Below are positions 1-10,634 of a stretch of 64,000 bases of DNA, piece by piece (the stretch's first letter is position 1; each line of letters starts with the position of its first letter). The position numbers were made by a program, and so were the translations under genes. Under the pieces are notes generated by a model. It ran no database searches. It was not told where the DNA came from and saw only the letters and a list, made by a program, of their open reading frames with translations. The DNA lies in the NCBI GenBank assembly GCA_036785375.1, contig JAWMAR010000541.1, positions 558,001 to 622,000 of the forward strand, given 5' to 3'. The stretch comes from Leucoraja ocellata. Lineage: Eukaryota.

Positions 1-35
1 CCACCACCTGCATTCCAGTTAGACTCTTATCTTTG

Positions 36-267
36 GTACACAAAAATGCTGGAGAAACTCAGCGGGTGCAGCAGCATCTATGGAGCGAAGGAAATAGGTG
101 ACGTTTCGGGCTGAAACACTTCTTCAGACTTAGTTGAGTCTGAAGAAGGGTTTCGGCCCGAAACGTCACCTATTTCCTTCGCTCCATAGATGCTGTTGCA
201 CCCGCCGTGTTTCTCCAGCATTTTTGTGTACCTTCGATTTTCCAGCATCTGCAGTTCCTTCTAGAAC
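36..267. mobile_element. Penelope-derived inverted pseudo-LTR (hairpin) element with target-site duplication
   Basis: Arms ~35-130 and 137-232 are near-perfect reverse complements and match the 3' terminus of the Penelope element at 23453-23545. Flanked by agactcttatctttg (21-35) and agattcttatctttg (268-282). Confidence 0.8.
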
Positions 268-1283
268 AGATTCTTATCTTTGTTTTATTCACACTAAAAT
301 GCACCAAAACTCTCATGGTTACACTATTTGGGAGTGCAAACTTAATACCACGTTTCCATTGCTTTGTAACAACCCCAGACCAATTCCATTCTCCTCATTC
401 TCCCTCTGATCATTCCCAAACTAATCCCATTGCCCAGACTCTCCACCTGATCATTCCTAGACTAATCCCATTGTCCACACACTGCCCACTTGATCAGCCC
501 CAGACCATTCCCACTGCTCTGCTCTCCACATAGTCTGAAGTGAACCCCACAGGTGTGCACATTTCCTGCACTTGTAACAAGGTAGATCTCATCCCTCCCT
601 CCTCAGTTCCTGCGATCTGCTTCTATTTCACCCATTTGTCCAAACTTTACTTGCATGTTCCAGGGGCTCTGGTACAACAATCGCTGTGACCTCAGACAGC
701 TCTTCCCTGTGTATATGCTCTGCTGATGCCCATCTTACATTGCCTACCCTCTATCACTCTTATGTGGGGTGTGGACAAGTTGGATGTGTCTCCGAGGCAG
801 AGAAGATTGGACAGGTATATGTGGTGAGGTTTTGATCATGAAGGGTTCTCACACAGCAGACAGGTGAAGTTGTTTCTGCTGCCATGGGTCAGGAACCAGA
901 CGAGATGGATATATGACGTGAGATTTTTAAGCAGCAATCTCCTGTGATCTGGAATTCCGTGTTGAATCTGGAGTTGAATAATTATACTAGATAACGGGAT
1001 AAAGAGCTGAAGGAAATGCCATGTAGTTGCAGGGCAGGTTGGATGCTGCTTTCACATCGCTGGTACCGTGAGAATGTTGAACGTTTGCTGTTTGATATTG
1101 TGAGTATTTCACACAGATCAGGGAATTACTGACGTGTGGGGCCAGGGTTTGCTGACGTAAGTGTGTATTTGGGGTGGGACTGGCTCCCCTCCACCCAGGT
1201 GGGCTTGGTGTCCCAGCTCTCTACTCTATGTGTTCATCCCGGGCTCTCTGTTGGATCCTTACCCTTCCCTCGTCTCTCCCCAG

Positions 1284-1429
1284 AGCCCGAGGTACCTGAG
1301 GAAGTGTCTGGCCCTGGAACCGTGATCTGTGCTCTGGGAATCACTCTGGGAATCATCAGCGCCGTGGTGGGAATCATCTTACTGATCAAAGAGAGGCAGC
1401 GGCTGCAGGCTCAGCAGCAGGGCATCTAG
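1284..1429 (+). CDS. DAA: MHC class II alpha chain, last coding exon (connecting peptide, TM, cytoplasmic tail); upstream exons lie outside the window
   Basis: Pyrimidine tract + cag acceptor (1281-1283), phase 1. Encodes EPEVPEEVSGPGTVICALGITLGIISAVVGIILLIKERQRLQAQQQGI* with the class II alpha TM signature CALGxxxG. GTGAGT donor at 1432, 2 nt after the stop. Confidence 0.93.
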
Positions 1430-1984
1430 CGGTGAGTGCGGGGCTTGTGATGATCACAGTCTGTGTCCAGTCCCATCACTGGGAGAGATTCTCCATCAGA
1501 AACTCCCAAGGCTGTTCCTTGTTCACCCCTCTGGTACCAGGGTTCCACCGTTCACCCTCCGACCCTTCGATTATCCGAACCTTCAGTGAAAATGGAAATC
1601 CAGGTAGGTTTAAATATAGGAAGGCCAATTTCATTAAATAAGGGAAGACCTGACAGAGGTAGAGACACAAGAGACTGCAGATGCTGGAATCTGGTGCAAC
1701 ACACAAGCTGTTGGGGAAAACTCAGGCTGACACAGGGTTTCAACCCAAAATGTCAACCATTTCATTCTCCTCATGATGTTGAATTTCTCCAGCAGTTGGT
1801 TTGTTGCTCCTGGCCCAGGTGAATCAAGAGCATCTACTTGCAGTAAGTCTACATCTACACAGTGGGATGGGAAGCATTCAAAGGAGAAATGACGAGAATT
1901 AGCCCAATCAATCACCAGACCAGACTCCCCATCATTGACTCCATCAATGATTGTACTCCACCATTGACTCCACCCTGACATGAG

Positions 1985-2275
1985 GGCGATGCAGTGGCAC
2001 AGTTGCTGCCTTACAACACCATATACCTGGGTTCAATCCTGACTACAGAGTTTATACGTTCTCCCTGTGTCTGCGTGGGTTTTCTCTGGTTGCGCCAGTT
2101 TGTACCCACACTCCAACGACATACAAGTTTGTAGGTTCATTTGGCTTCTGTTAATTGTAATTTGTTCCTAGTGTGCAGGATAGTGTTGGTATACAGTTAC
2201 TGTTGGTTGGCGCAGACTCTGTTGGCAGAAGAGCCTGTTACCATGCTGTCTATTCTAATGTCTAAAATAAAGTAA
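1985..2275 (+). mobile_element. tRNA-derived SINE (HE1/V-SINE-like), degraded
   Basis: gcagtggcacag...gggttcaatcc B-box; body homologous to the copy at 6613-6920. Confidence 0.7.
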
Positions 2276-3129
2276 AGCCACACATGCTGCCTCAAGAAAG
2301 CAGCAAATATAATCTGAAGAAGGGTCTCAACTCAAAATATCACCTATTCCTTTTCTTCAGTGATGCTGTCTGACCCGCTGAGTTACTCCAGCTTTTTATG
2401 TCTATCTTCAACATAATCAAAGACTTGTCCTACCCCGGTCATTCCTTTTTTCTCCCCGCTCCTATCCAAAAGAAGGTACAGATGCTTTAAATCGCTGCAC
2501 CAGACTCAGGAACTGCTTCTTCCCCTCTGTTATCAGGCTACTGAACAGTCTTTCCATAAGCTAAGCAGTGTCCAATTCACCTCTACCCCATTAAGACATC
2601 GGACTTTGTCTATAACACTGTTGCACTATTAGGGCTAAAGGAATCAAGGAATATGGGGGGAAAGCGGGAACGGGGTACTGATTTTAGATGATCAGCCATG
2701 ATTATATTTAATGGTGATACTGAGGGCCGAATGGTCAACTCCTGCACCTATGTTTCTAGGTTTCCAATGGTGAGAACTCTATTCTGCACTCTGTATCTTC
2801 CCCTTTGCTCCATCTATTGTACTTATTATTGGCAGAATTGTATTTATTTATGGCATATCTCATCTGATTGGATAGCATACAAAGCAAAGCAAAGCAAATT
2901 GAATAATTGAATTGAATCATTAAAGTACTGTACCTCAGTACACGTGACTATAATAAACCTAACCTAAACCGAAACTTAAACATGGCCCAGTGAGGGGAAA
3001 ACAGAGGTGACAAGTACAGAGAAGCTGGATTTAGAGGGCCATTGAGGGTTAGATTAAGAATGAAAAGATGGCATGTGACAGTTATAGGGGACTATAAATA
3101 TAGGAGATGCTTCAAATGGACAAACTGAG

Positions 3130-3930
3130 TCCAAAATTAGCAGCAATCAGAGAAAGAGTGGTGGTAGAGAATTGTTTCTATTAGTGGAAGACTGAGTACT
3201 GGTGTTCCACAGGGATTGGTGCTGCTATCCTGGCTTGTAATATATGTAAATGACTTGGATGTGGGTGTAATGGGGTAAATTCGTGGATGAGATGAAGATT
3301 GATAGAGCAATTTGGTAGTGTGGAAAGTAGTCAGGTGGCAGAACGATGCCAGGGTGTTGGTTAAATGGGCTGATAAATGGCAGATAGTGTTTAATTCAGA
3401 CAAATGTGAGGTGATATTTTTGTAAGTATTAATGAGGCTAGGGCATTGTCCACGAAGGTGTACTGAGGAACAGAGGGACCTTGCAGTACGTCCATAGATC
3501 CTAGACATGACAGTACACATAGTTAACATGGTTAGGAAGCCCTATGCTATACTGACTTTCATTAGTCTGGTTATGCTCTACCTCAGCTGGGGTAGTGCAT
3601 GCAGTTCTGGTCATCTTGCTGCACAAATAATCTGATAGCACTGGAGAAGATGGAGAGGAGATTCACCAGGAGTTTGCCTGGGATGGAGCGGTTCAGTTAT
3701 CAGGAACATAAAATATAAAGCAGTGCAGTACAGGCACAGGCCCTTTCGATCATAAAGTTGATGTCAAATTAAACTTCCCTTCTGCCTGCACATGATGCAT
3801 ATCCTCTATTCCCTGTAATACACGTGCTCATCTAAAAGCTCTTAAATGTCACTATTTTATCTACTTCCACCACCACTTCCAGTAGAACGTTCCAGGGACC
3901 TACCAATCTGTGTAAAAAAAATTGCCCCGT
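3130..3930. mobile_element. Old degraded CR1 LINE fragments
   Basis: Remnants of RT C-terminal motifs (GVPQG..., FNSDKCEV, QFWS) with many stops, followed by an antisense CR1 3' end. Confidence 0.6.
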
Positions 3931-3933
3931 ACA

Positions 3934-4412
3934 TCTATATACTAAAAGTCCCATCTTGTATGTGCCTTGTATGTATGGTTTGTATCTTCCTCAAAACGCA
4001 AAGTGCTAGCGCTTAAATTTTTACATATTCTTACTCACATTTTCCCCTCCACGCTGTAATCAGGTTCACTTAAGATTTCATCCTATATTTCACGTTATTC
4101 ATGATTAAAGTTTAAAAAAAAGGCAAAACCCACTTCTCACACAGACAGTCTTTTCCAGTAGCTTCCTGTGATGATGTCACAATGCCACAAACAGTGCACC
4201 GATTACAATGGGCTCCCAAGCTGCCGAGTGCCACAATGACATCACAATGGGGTGTTGTCAACAGTAACAGCAGCTTCTTACAGAGAGCCTTTTTCCAGGA
4301 GCTTCCAGTGATGGTGTCACAATGCCACTCACAATGCAGCAATCACAATAGGCTTCCAAAGTGGCCGAGTGTGACAATGACATCACAATGGGACTTGTCA
4401 ACGGTAACCGCA
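3934..4412 (+). mobile_element. Possible Helitron-like 5' portion containing a diverged ~140-bp tandem duplication
   Basis: Begins a|TCTATATACTAAAA, similar to the Helitron 5' end at 43662. 4140-4275 is duplicated at 4280-4412. No 3' hairpin/CTAG found. Confidence 0.35.
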
Positions 4413-5001
4413 GGCAAAGGCAGGCCCTATCAGATATGCCCAACGATAATGCCATTTGGCATGGCCCTCATTCATGCCTGTCTGCTACAAAGGGATCTTT
4501 TTTGGGGGGCCTCTAAAATTGAGGGGTCTCTGCTTGATCTTGGTTTGGGGCCCTCTAAAATTGAAATTGGCCTGGGCCTCAGTTCATCTAAGAGAGAGAG
4601 AGAGAGAGAGATCAAAACTAAGAATAATTCTTGGTGAAGGAAATACGGCACATCTTGCTGCACAATACGTAACAGCATGCCATAACCTGAGAGATGGTGA
4701 ATGACCAACATGCGCACACACACACTAATTGACATTAATTCACACTAAGAAATTAATATTGAATTGCTAATCTTGCTATTGTGTTATACTGCTGCCAGCT
4801 GCAAGAACGTGTACCGATCAATAAAGGGCTATAGGCCTCTTGCGAGTATATGTACAGGGACATATCTATCCATGCACTGTATACTTGTATTTATATTTAT
4901 GCATTTTAAATATGTATGTTATGTTTTATACTTTGGCAATATAACAATGTATTTTATCATGCCAATGTTTTTTTTAATTGAAATTGAAATTGAAAAATTG
5001 A

Positions 5002-5032
5002 GAGAGAGAGGTTGGCTGCCTGCCTCTCTTGC

Positions 5033-5067
<35 letters not shown>
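5002..5067. repeat. (GA)n / (CT)n microsatellites
   Basis: gagagagag at ~5000 and a long (ct)n run at 5035-5066; another (ga)n run at 4592-4610. Confidence 0.85.
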
Positions 5068-5069
<2 letters not shown>

Positions 5070-5215
5070 ACGGCATTGGGTGGGAGATGTACTGAAGGAA
5101 GACTGAATACATGTGGGCTGTTTCCTTTACAACGGTCCAGATTGAAAGAAGACCATTGAGGGAAATAGTTCACGAGGGACCGAGAGAGTCAATAGAAAGG
5201 ACTGATGCCTATTAG

Positions 5216-6253
5216 TAGCAATGTTACAAAATTTTGAGATTTAAAAAATCAAGTCTGCAATTTATCCCATCAGATAAAGCATAAAAATAAGTTTAATTTG
5301 ACACCTAAGTCACTTTCATATCTCAAGTAATAAAAAAGTTATGGCCATTTTCATACTCAGAAATTAGCATCTTGTTCCCTATTGATTTTCTATGGACATA
5401 ACAAAAAAGCTGTGATCGTGTGCTGTCAAAAGCCCATAACCTTCTTAAAAATTAAGGGAACTGAATGAAATTTTCAGTTATGATAGATTGAACCATTCTG
5501 AAACAAATATAAAATAATCTTACTTGGATGACCTGAATTAAAGCATATAATTAGTTAGTTACCCAATTGTAGCTAATTTCAAACTTCAATTACTAGATCT
5601 AAACATCTATCCATTTCTTAATAAATGATTAACATTTTTAAATAGCCTAAGTGTCCAAATAATATTCACAAATAATTCACAATAAAACATGATTTTTAAA
5701 TCTCATTTACATTAATTTATAGGCCAAATGGAAGGAATTTAGTGTTCAATTGCTGTAAATTAAGTCCATTTTAAATCGGCTTTCTAGTGGGATCCTGTGA
5801 ACGCGCTGGTTTAGAACGTTCACATTGCGTTGGATTTGTGCCCTCAAATGCCCAGAAAAATACTGCGGGATATAAAGAGCCCAAAATGAACTACTCGCTA
5901 TAGAAAACTTTATTTACAGGGTTCTTAAGAAGCCCCTTTTAATGTAAAAATAAGGTACATACCTTTAATTGTTTGCTTTATAAAACCCTGGGGCTGTGAG
6001 AGGTTGCGGGTTTAGAGAGTGATTTTTAAACTACTATAACTATTATACAAGGCCATAAAAACTAATAATACCTTTTGCGACGGGGTCTTTCAGCGATTTT
6101 TCGTTAATGATTTACTAGGCTGAACATTTTCGATTGCAACAGCCTAGTAAAAATCGCATTTTAAACCCGCCCCCTCTAAACAGCGCCAAAATCGCGCACA
6201 CGGGCTGGGACAGATTCTCCACGACGATTCAGGTAGGTTTTGTAGCATACCTA
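5216..6253. mobile_element. Non-autonomous DNA transposon (~1.04 kb, AT-rich) with imperfect TIRs
   Basis: Left end tagcaatgttacaaaa, right end ttttgtagcataccta. ctattag is duplicated at 5209-5215 and 6254-6260. No ORF. Interrupts an old CR1 fragment. Confidence 0.7.
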
Positions 6254-6612
6254 CTATTAGCAGAGGTGAAGACACAAAGTAATTGGTGAAAGATGGAGAG
6301 GATATGAGGATTTTTTAAATCTGAGGGTAGTGGAGATTTGCCCCCTGTGACTATGACCATCTGGCCAGGATCCCCTCTCCACCCCTCCCTCCCTCCCTCC
6401 CTCCTCACTATTGATCCACTCTTTCCCCAAGCCCCTCCCTCAAACTTTTTGGCAAGTTAGTGGATGATATGAAGATAGGTGGAGAGGCAGGTAGTATTGA
6501 GGAAGCAGGGAGTCTGCAGAAGAACTTGGAAAGAATGGGAGATTGGGAAAAGAAGTGGCAAAAAGCAAGCCAAGTACATCATCATACACGTTGGTAGACG
6601 GAATGGGGTTGA

Positions 6613-6920
6613 GGGTGGCACGGTGGCGCAGCGGTAGAGTTGCTGCCTCACAGCGCCAGACACCCTGGTTCAATCCTGACCGCGGTTGCTGTCTGTATGG
6701 AGTTTGTACGTTCTCACTGTGACCGTAAGGGTTTCCTCTGGGTGCTCTGGTTTCCTCCCACACTCCAAAGATGCACAAGTTTGTAGGTTAATTGGCCTCA
6801 GTAAAAATTGTAAATTGTCCCTAATGTGCAGTGGACACAATCCCGTTCGCTGGTTGGTGCAACACGGTGGCTGATGGATCTGTTTCCGTGCTATACCTCT
6901 AAAATCTGAAGTCTAAAGTA
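6613..6920 (+). mobile_element. tRNA-derived SINE (HE1/V-SINE-like) inserted in an old CR1
   Basis: Pol III A box tggcgcagcgg (6624-6634) and B box ggttcaatcc (6667-6676); body gtatggagtttgtacgttctc...gggtttcctctgggtgctctggtttcctcccaca. Confidence 0.85.
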
Positions 6921-7680
6921 AAGAATAAAGACATAGATTACTTTCTAAATGGGGAGAGGATTCAGAAAGCAGAGATGTAGAGGGACTTTGGGCTGCTGGT
7001 GCAGGATTCCCAAAAGTTTAATTTGCTGGTGCAGTTGGTGATAAGGGAGGCAAATGGATTGCTGGCATTTATTTTGAAGGGACTGGAATATAAAAACAAG
7101 TATGTAGGGCACTGGTAATCCCACATTTGGAATATTGTGAGCAGCTTTGGAGCCCATATCTGAGGAAGGATGTGCTGCCGTTGGAGAGGATCCAGAGGAG
7201 GTTTATGAGAATGCAGAATGATTGTGTTAATGTATGATCAGTGTTTGATGACTATGGGCCTGTACTCACCGGAGTTCAGACGGATGAGGGGGGACCTTAT
7301 TGAAACCTACCGAATGGTGAAAGCCCTGGATAGAGTGGAAGTGGAGAGGATGTTTCCAATGGTTGGAGAGTCCAAGACCAGAGGGCACAGCCTCAGAATA
7401 AAAGGATGTACCTTTAGAAAGGAAATTAGGAAGATTTGTTTTGGTCAGAGGGTGGTGAATCTGAGGAATTAATTGCCACAGATGACTATGGAGGCCAAGT
7501 CATTGGGTATATTTAAAGCAGAGATTGACAGTTTTCTTGATTAGTAAGGGTGTCGAAGGATACAGGGAGAAGGCAGGAGAATGGGGTTAGGAGGGAGAGG
7601 GAAAGATAGATCAGGCATGATTGAATGGTGAAGTAGACTCGATGGGCCGAATGGCCTAATTCTACTACTCTCACATCATA
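6921..7680 (+). mobile_element. CR1 LINE 3' fragment (degraded)
   Basis: Translation includes GLYSPEFRRMRGDLIETY...TRGHSLRI; CR1-type 3'UTR. Confidence 0.8.
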
Positions 7681-7981
7681 TCCCCATCCCCTGCTAAGAA
7701 CGTTATCTGGTAGGTTTCAATCAGACGTCCTCTCATCCTTCTGAACTCCAGGGAGAACAGGCCCAGAGCCATCAATTGCTCCTCACACATTAACTCAATC
7801 ATCCCTGGCATAATTCCCTTTCCAACACCAGCATATCCTTCCTTGGATATGGGGCCCAAAATTTCCCACAATATTCCAAATGTGGCTTCATCAGTGCCTT
7901 TTAAAGCCTCAGCATTCCGTCCCTATTTTTATATTCTAATCTTTTTGGAAAATAATGCATTTGACTTGCTTTCCACCAATA

Positions 7982-8537
7982 TAATATAACCATATAACAA
8001 TTACAGCACGGAAACAGGCCATCTCGGCCCTACAAGTCCATGCCGAACAAAATTTTTTTCCCCTTAGTCCCACCTGCCTGCACTCGTACCATAACCCTCC
8101 ATTTCCTTCTCATCCATATGCCTATCCAATTTATTTTTAAATGATACCAATGAACCTGCCTCCACCACTTCCACTGGGAGCTCATTCCACACCGCCACCA
8201 CTCTCTGCGTAAAGAAGTTCCCCCTCATATTACCCCTAAACTTCTGTCCCTTAATTCTGAAGTCATGTCCTCTTGTTTGAATCTTCCCTATTCTCAAAGG
8301 GAAAAGCTTGTCCACATCAACTCTGTCTATCCCTCTCATCATTTTAAAGACCTCTATCAGGTCCCCCCTTAACCTTCTGCGCTCCAGAGAATAAAGACCT
8401 AACTTATTCAACCTATCTCTGTAACTTAGTTGTTGAAACCCAGGCAACATTCTAGTAAATCTCCTCTGTACTCTCTCTATTTTGTTGACATCCTTCCTAT
8501 AATTGGGTGACCAAAATTGTACACCATACTCCAGAAT
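7982..8537 (-). mobile_element. CR1 LINE 3' fragment (same family as 30901-35593)
   Basis: Minus ORF LEYGVQFWSPNYRKD...RRLRGDLIEVFK; tail (ccatataa)n; near-identical to 35040-35590. Confidence 0.9.
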
Positions 8538-9590
8538 TGGTGACTTTATGACAGAGAGACCGCAGTCAGTCCGTGTTGGCAAGAACACTTCAGGCTTGAT
8601 CACGCCGAGTACTGGCTCCCCTCAAGGCTGTGTGCTCAGCCCGCAGTTGTTCACACTGCTCACACATGACAGTGCTGCCAGATTCAGGGACAATAAGATC
8701 ATAACATTTGCGGATGACACAACAGTGGTGGGACTCATCAGTGGAGAGGATGAAACAATGTACAGGGAGGAAGTGAAACAACTAGTGGACTGGTGCAGCA
8801 ACAACAATCTAGCATTAAATGCCGACAAAACAAAGGAGATGGTTGTCGACTTCAGGAAGGCGCAGCCAAAGCATACACCCCTCAACATCAGTGGCACCAC
8901 AGTGGAGAGAGTGGAGAGCATAAAGTTCCTCAGTGTGCAAATTACAGACAGTCTCACCTGGTCCAGGAACACCACTGGGATTGTCAAACAGCGACTGCAC
9001 TTCCTGAGGAAACTCAAACAGGCCTCACTCCCCACCATCATCCTCAGGACTTTTTACAAGGGTACGGTGGAGTCTGTACTCACGTACTGCATAAATACGT
9101 GGTACTCCAACTGTAACTGTTCAGACAGGAAGGCTCTGCAGAGGGTAGTGAGGGGAGCAGAGAGGATCATTGGCGTCTCCCTACCCTCGGTACAAGAACT
9201 GTTCCAGAGCCGCTGTCTGAAAAAAGCTCAGAGAATTGCTAAGGACAAACTGCACCCCCTCCACATACACCTGGATCTCCTGCCATCAGGCAAGAGATAT
9301 CGAAGCATCAAAGCCCAGACTACAAGACTGCTAAACAGCTTCCAGCCACAGGCTGTGAGGCTGCTAAACAGTCACTCTGTACTCAGTCACCTGATTCTGC
9401 GGCTGGCACGGACACTTTATAACTCTGGCACTGGCCACTCAAATCAGCTGCCCCGGACATTTTAATGACTGTTTTTACTGTATTTTAATGGTGCTGTTTT
9501 ACCTGCTTTTAATTATTTATACAGTTTCATCAGGGACTGGATTGTTTTTTATTGTTATTATGTGTGAAATGTTTAAGTTTCATGTGAGAT
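8538..9590 (+). mobile_element. Rex1/Babar-like LINE, 5'-truncated RT
   Basis: ORF 8503-9465 contains GSPQGCVLSP...FADDTTVVGLIS...YREEV...KTKEMVVDFRK. Confidence 0.85.
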
Positions 9591-9594
9591 TTCC

Positions 9595-10634
9595 TCTTTG
9601 ACCACTCCTGACTTTAGTGATTCTTGAAAAATCACTACTAATACCTCCACCATCTCTAAAACAACTTATTTCAGAACCCTGGGGTGTAGTCCATCTGGTC
9701 CAGGAGACTTATCCACCTTCAGACCTTTCAGCTTCCCAGGTACCTTCTCCTTAGTAATAGCAACTGCACTCACTTCTGGCCCCAGACTCTTGAAATTCTG
9801 GCACGTTGCTGGTGTCTTCTACCTGTGAAGAATGATGTAAAAAACGTATTCAATTTGTCTGCCATTTCTTTATTCCTCATTATCACTTCTCCAGCTTTAT
9901 TATCCAGCGGTCCAATGCCCACTCTTGCCTCTCTTTTACTCTTTACATATCTGAAGAAACAGTTGCAATCCTCTTTATTGTCTTTATATTTCATCTTTTC
10001 TCCCTGCATTGCTTTTTTATTTACCTTCTGCTGTGTTTTAGACGCTTCCCAATCCTCCAGCTTCCAACTGATCTTTGCAATATTATACACCTGCTCTTTT
10101 ACTTTTATGCTGTCTTTGACTTCCTTTGTCTGTCACACTCACCTCATTCTCCCCTTCACTCTTTCTTCCTCTTTGGGATGAAAAGATCCTGTGTTTTCCG
10201 TGTTCCTCCATGAAACTTCTGCCATTGTTGCTCCACCATCATTACTGCTGAGGTCCCTTTCCAATCAACTTTAGTCAGCTCCTCCCTCGTGCCTCTGTAG
10301 TTACCTAAACTCACCAATAATACCGACACGTCTGATTTCATCTCCCTCTCAAACTGCCGGCTGAATGTTATATTATGGTTACTACCTCAAAGGGGTTCCT
10401 TTACCTCAAGCTCCCTAATCAAATCCTGTTTGTTACACAATACTAGATCCAGAATGGCTTTTCCCTAGTGGGCTCGACTGCAAGCTGCCCTAAGAAGCCA
10501 TCTCATAGGCACTTTAAGTTACTTCGCTTGGGAGCCAGTACCAACCTGATTTCCGTACCTGAATGTTGAAATCCACCATGACCACCATTGTCTTTCTTAC
10601 ATGCCGATTGTTTCTACTTATGTGATTTGTTCCC
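9595..10634 (-). mobile_element. Older CR1 ORF2 fragment, host of the younger CR1; continues at ~15025-15570
   Basis: FFRYVKSKREARVGIGPL...MRNKEMADKLN motif; the endonuclease-region sequence resumes after ~15025. Confidence 0.7.

Noticed and set aside
1136-1283. N-terminal part of the 97-aa ORF
   Set aside because: Intronic read-through upstream of the splice acceptor at 1283.
6613-6690. tRNA gene
   Set aside because: The A/B boxes continue into a SINE body seen twice in the window; no complete cloverleaf.
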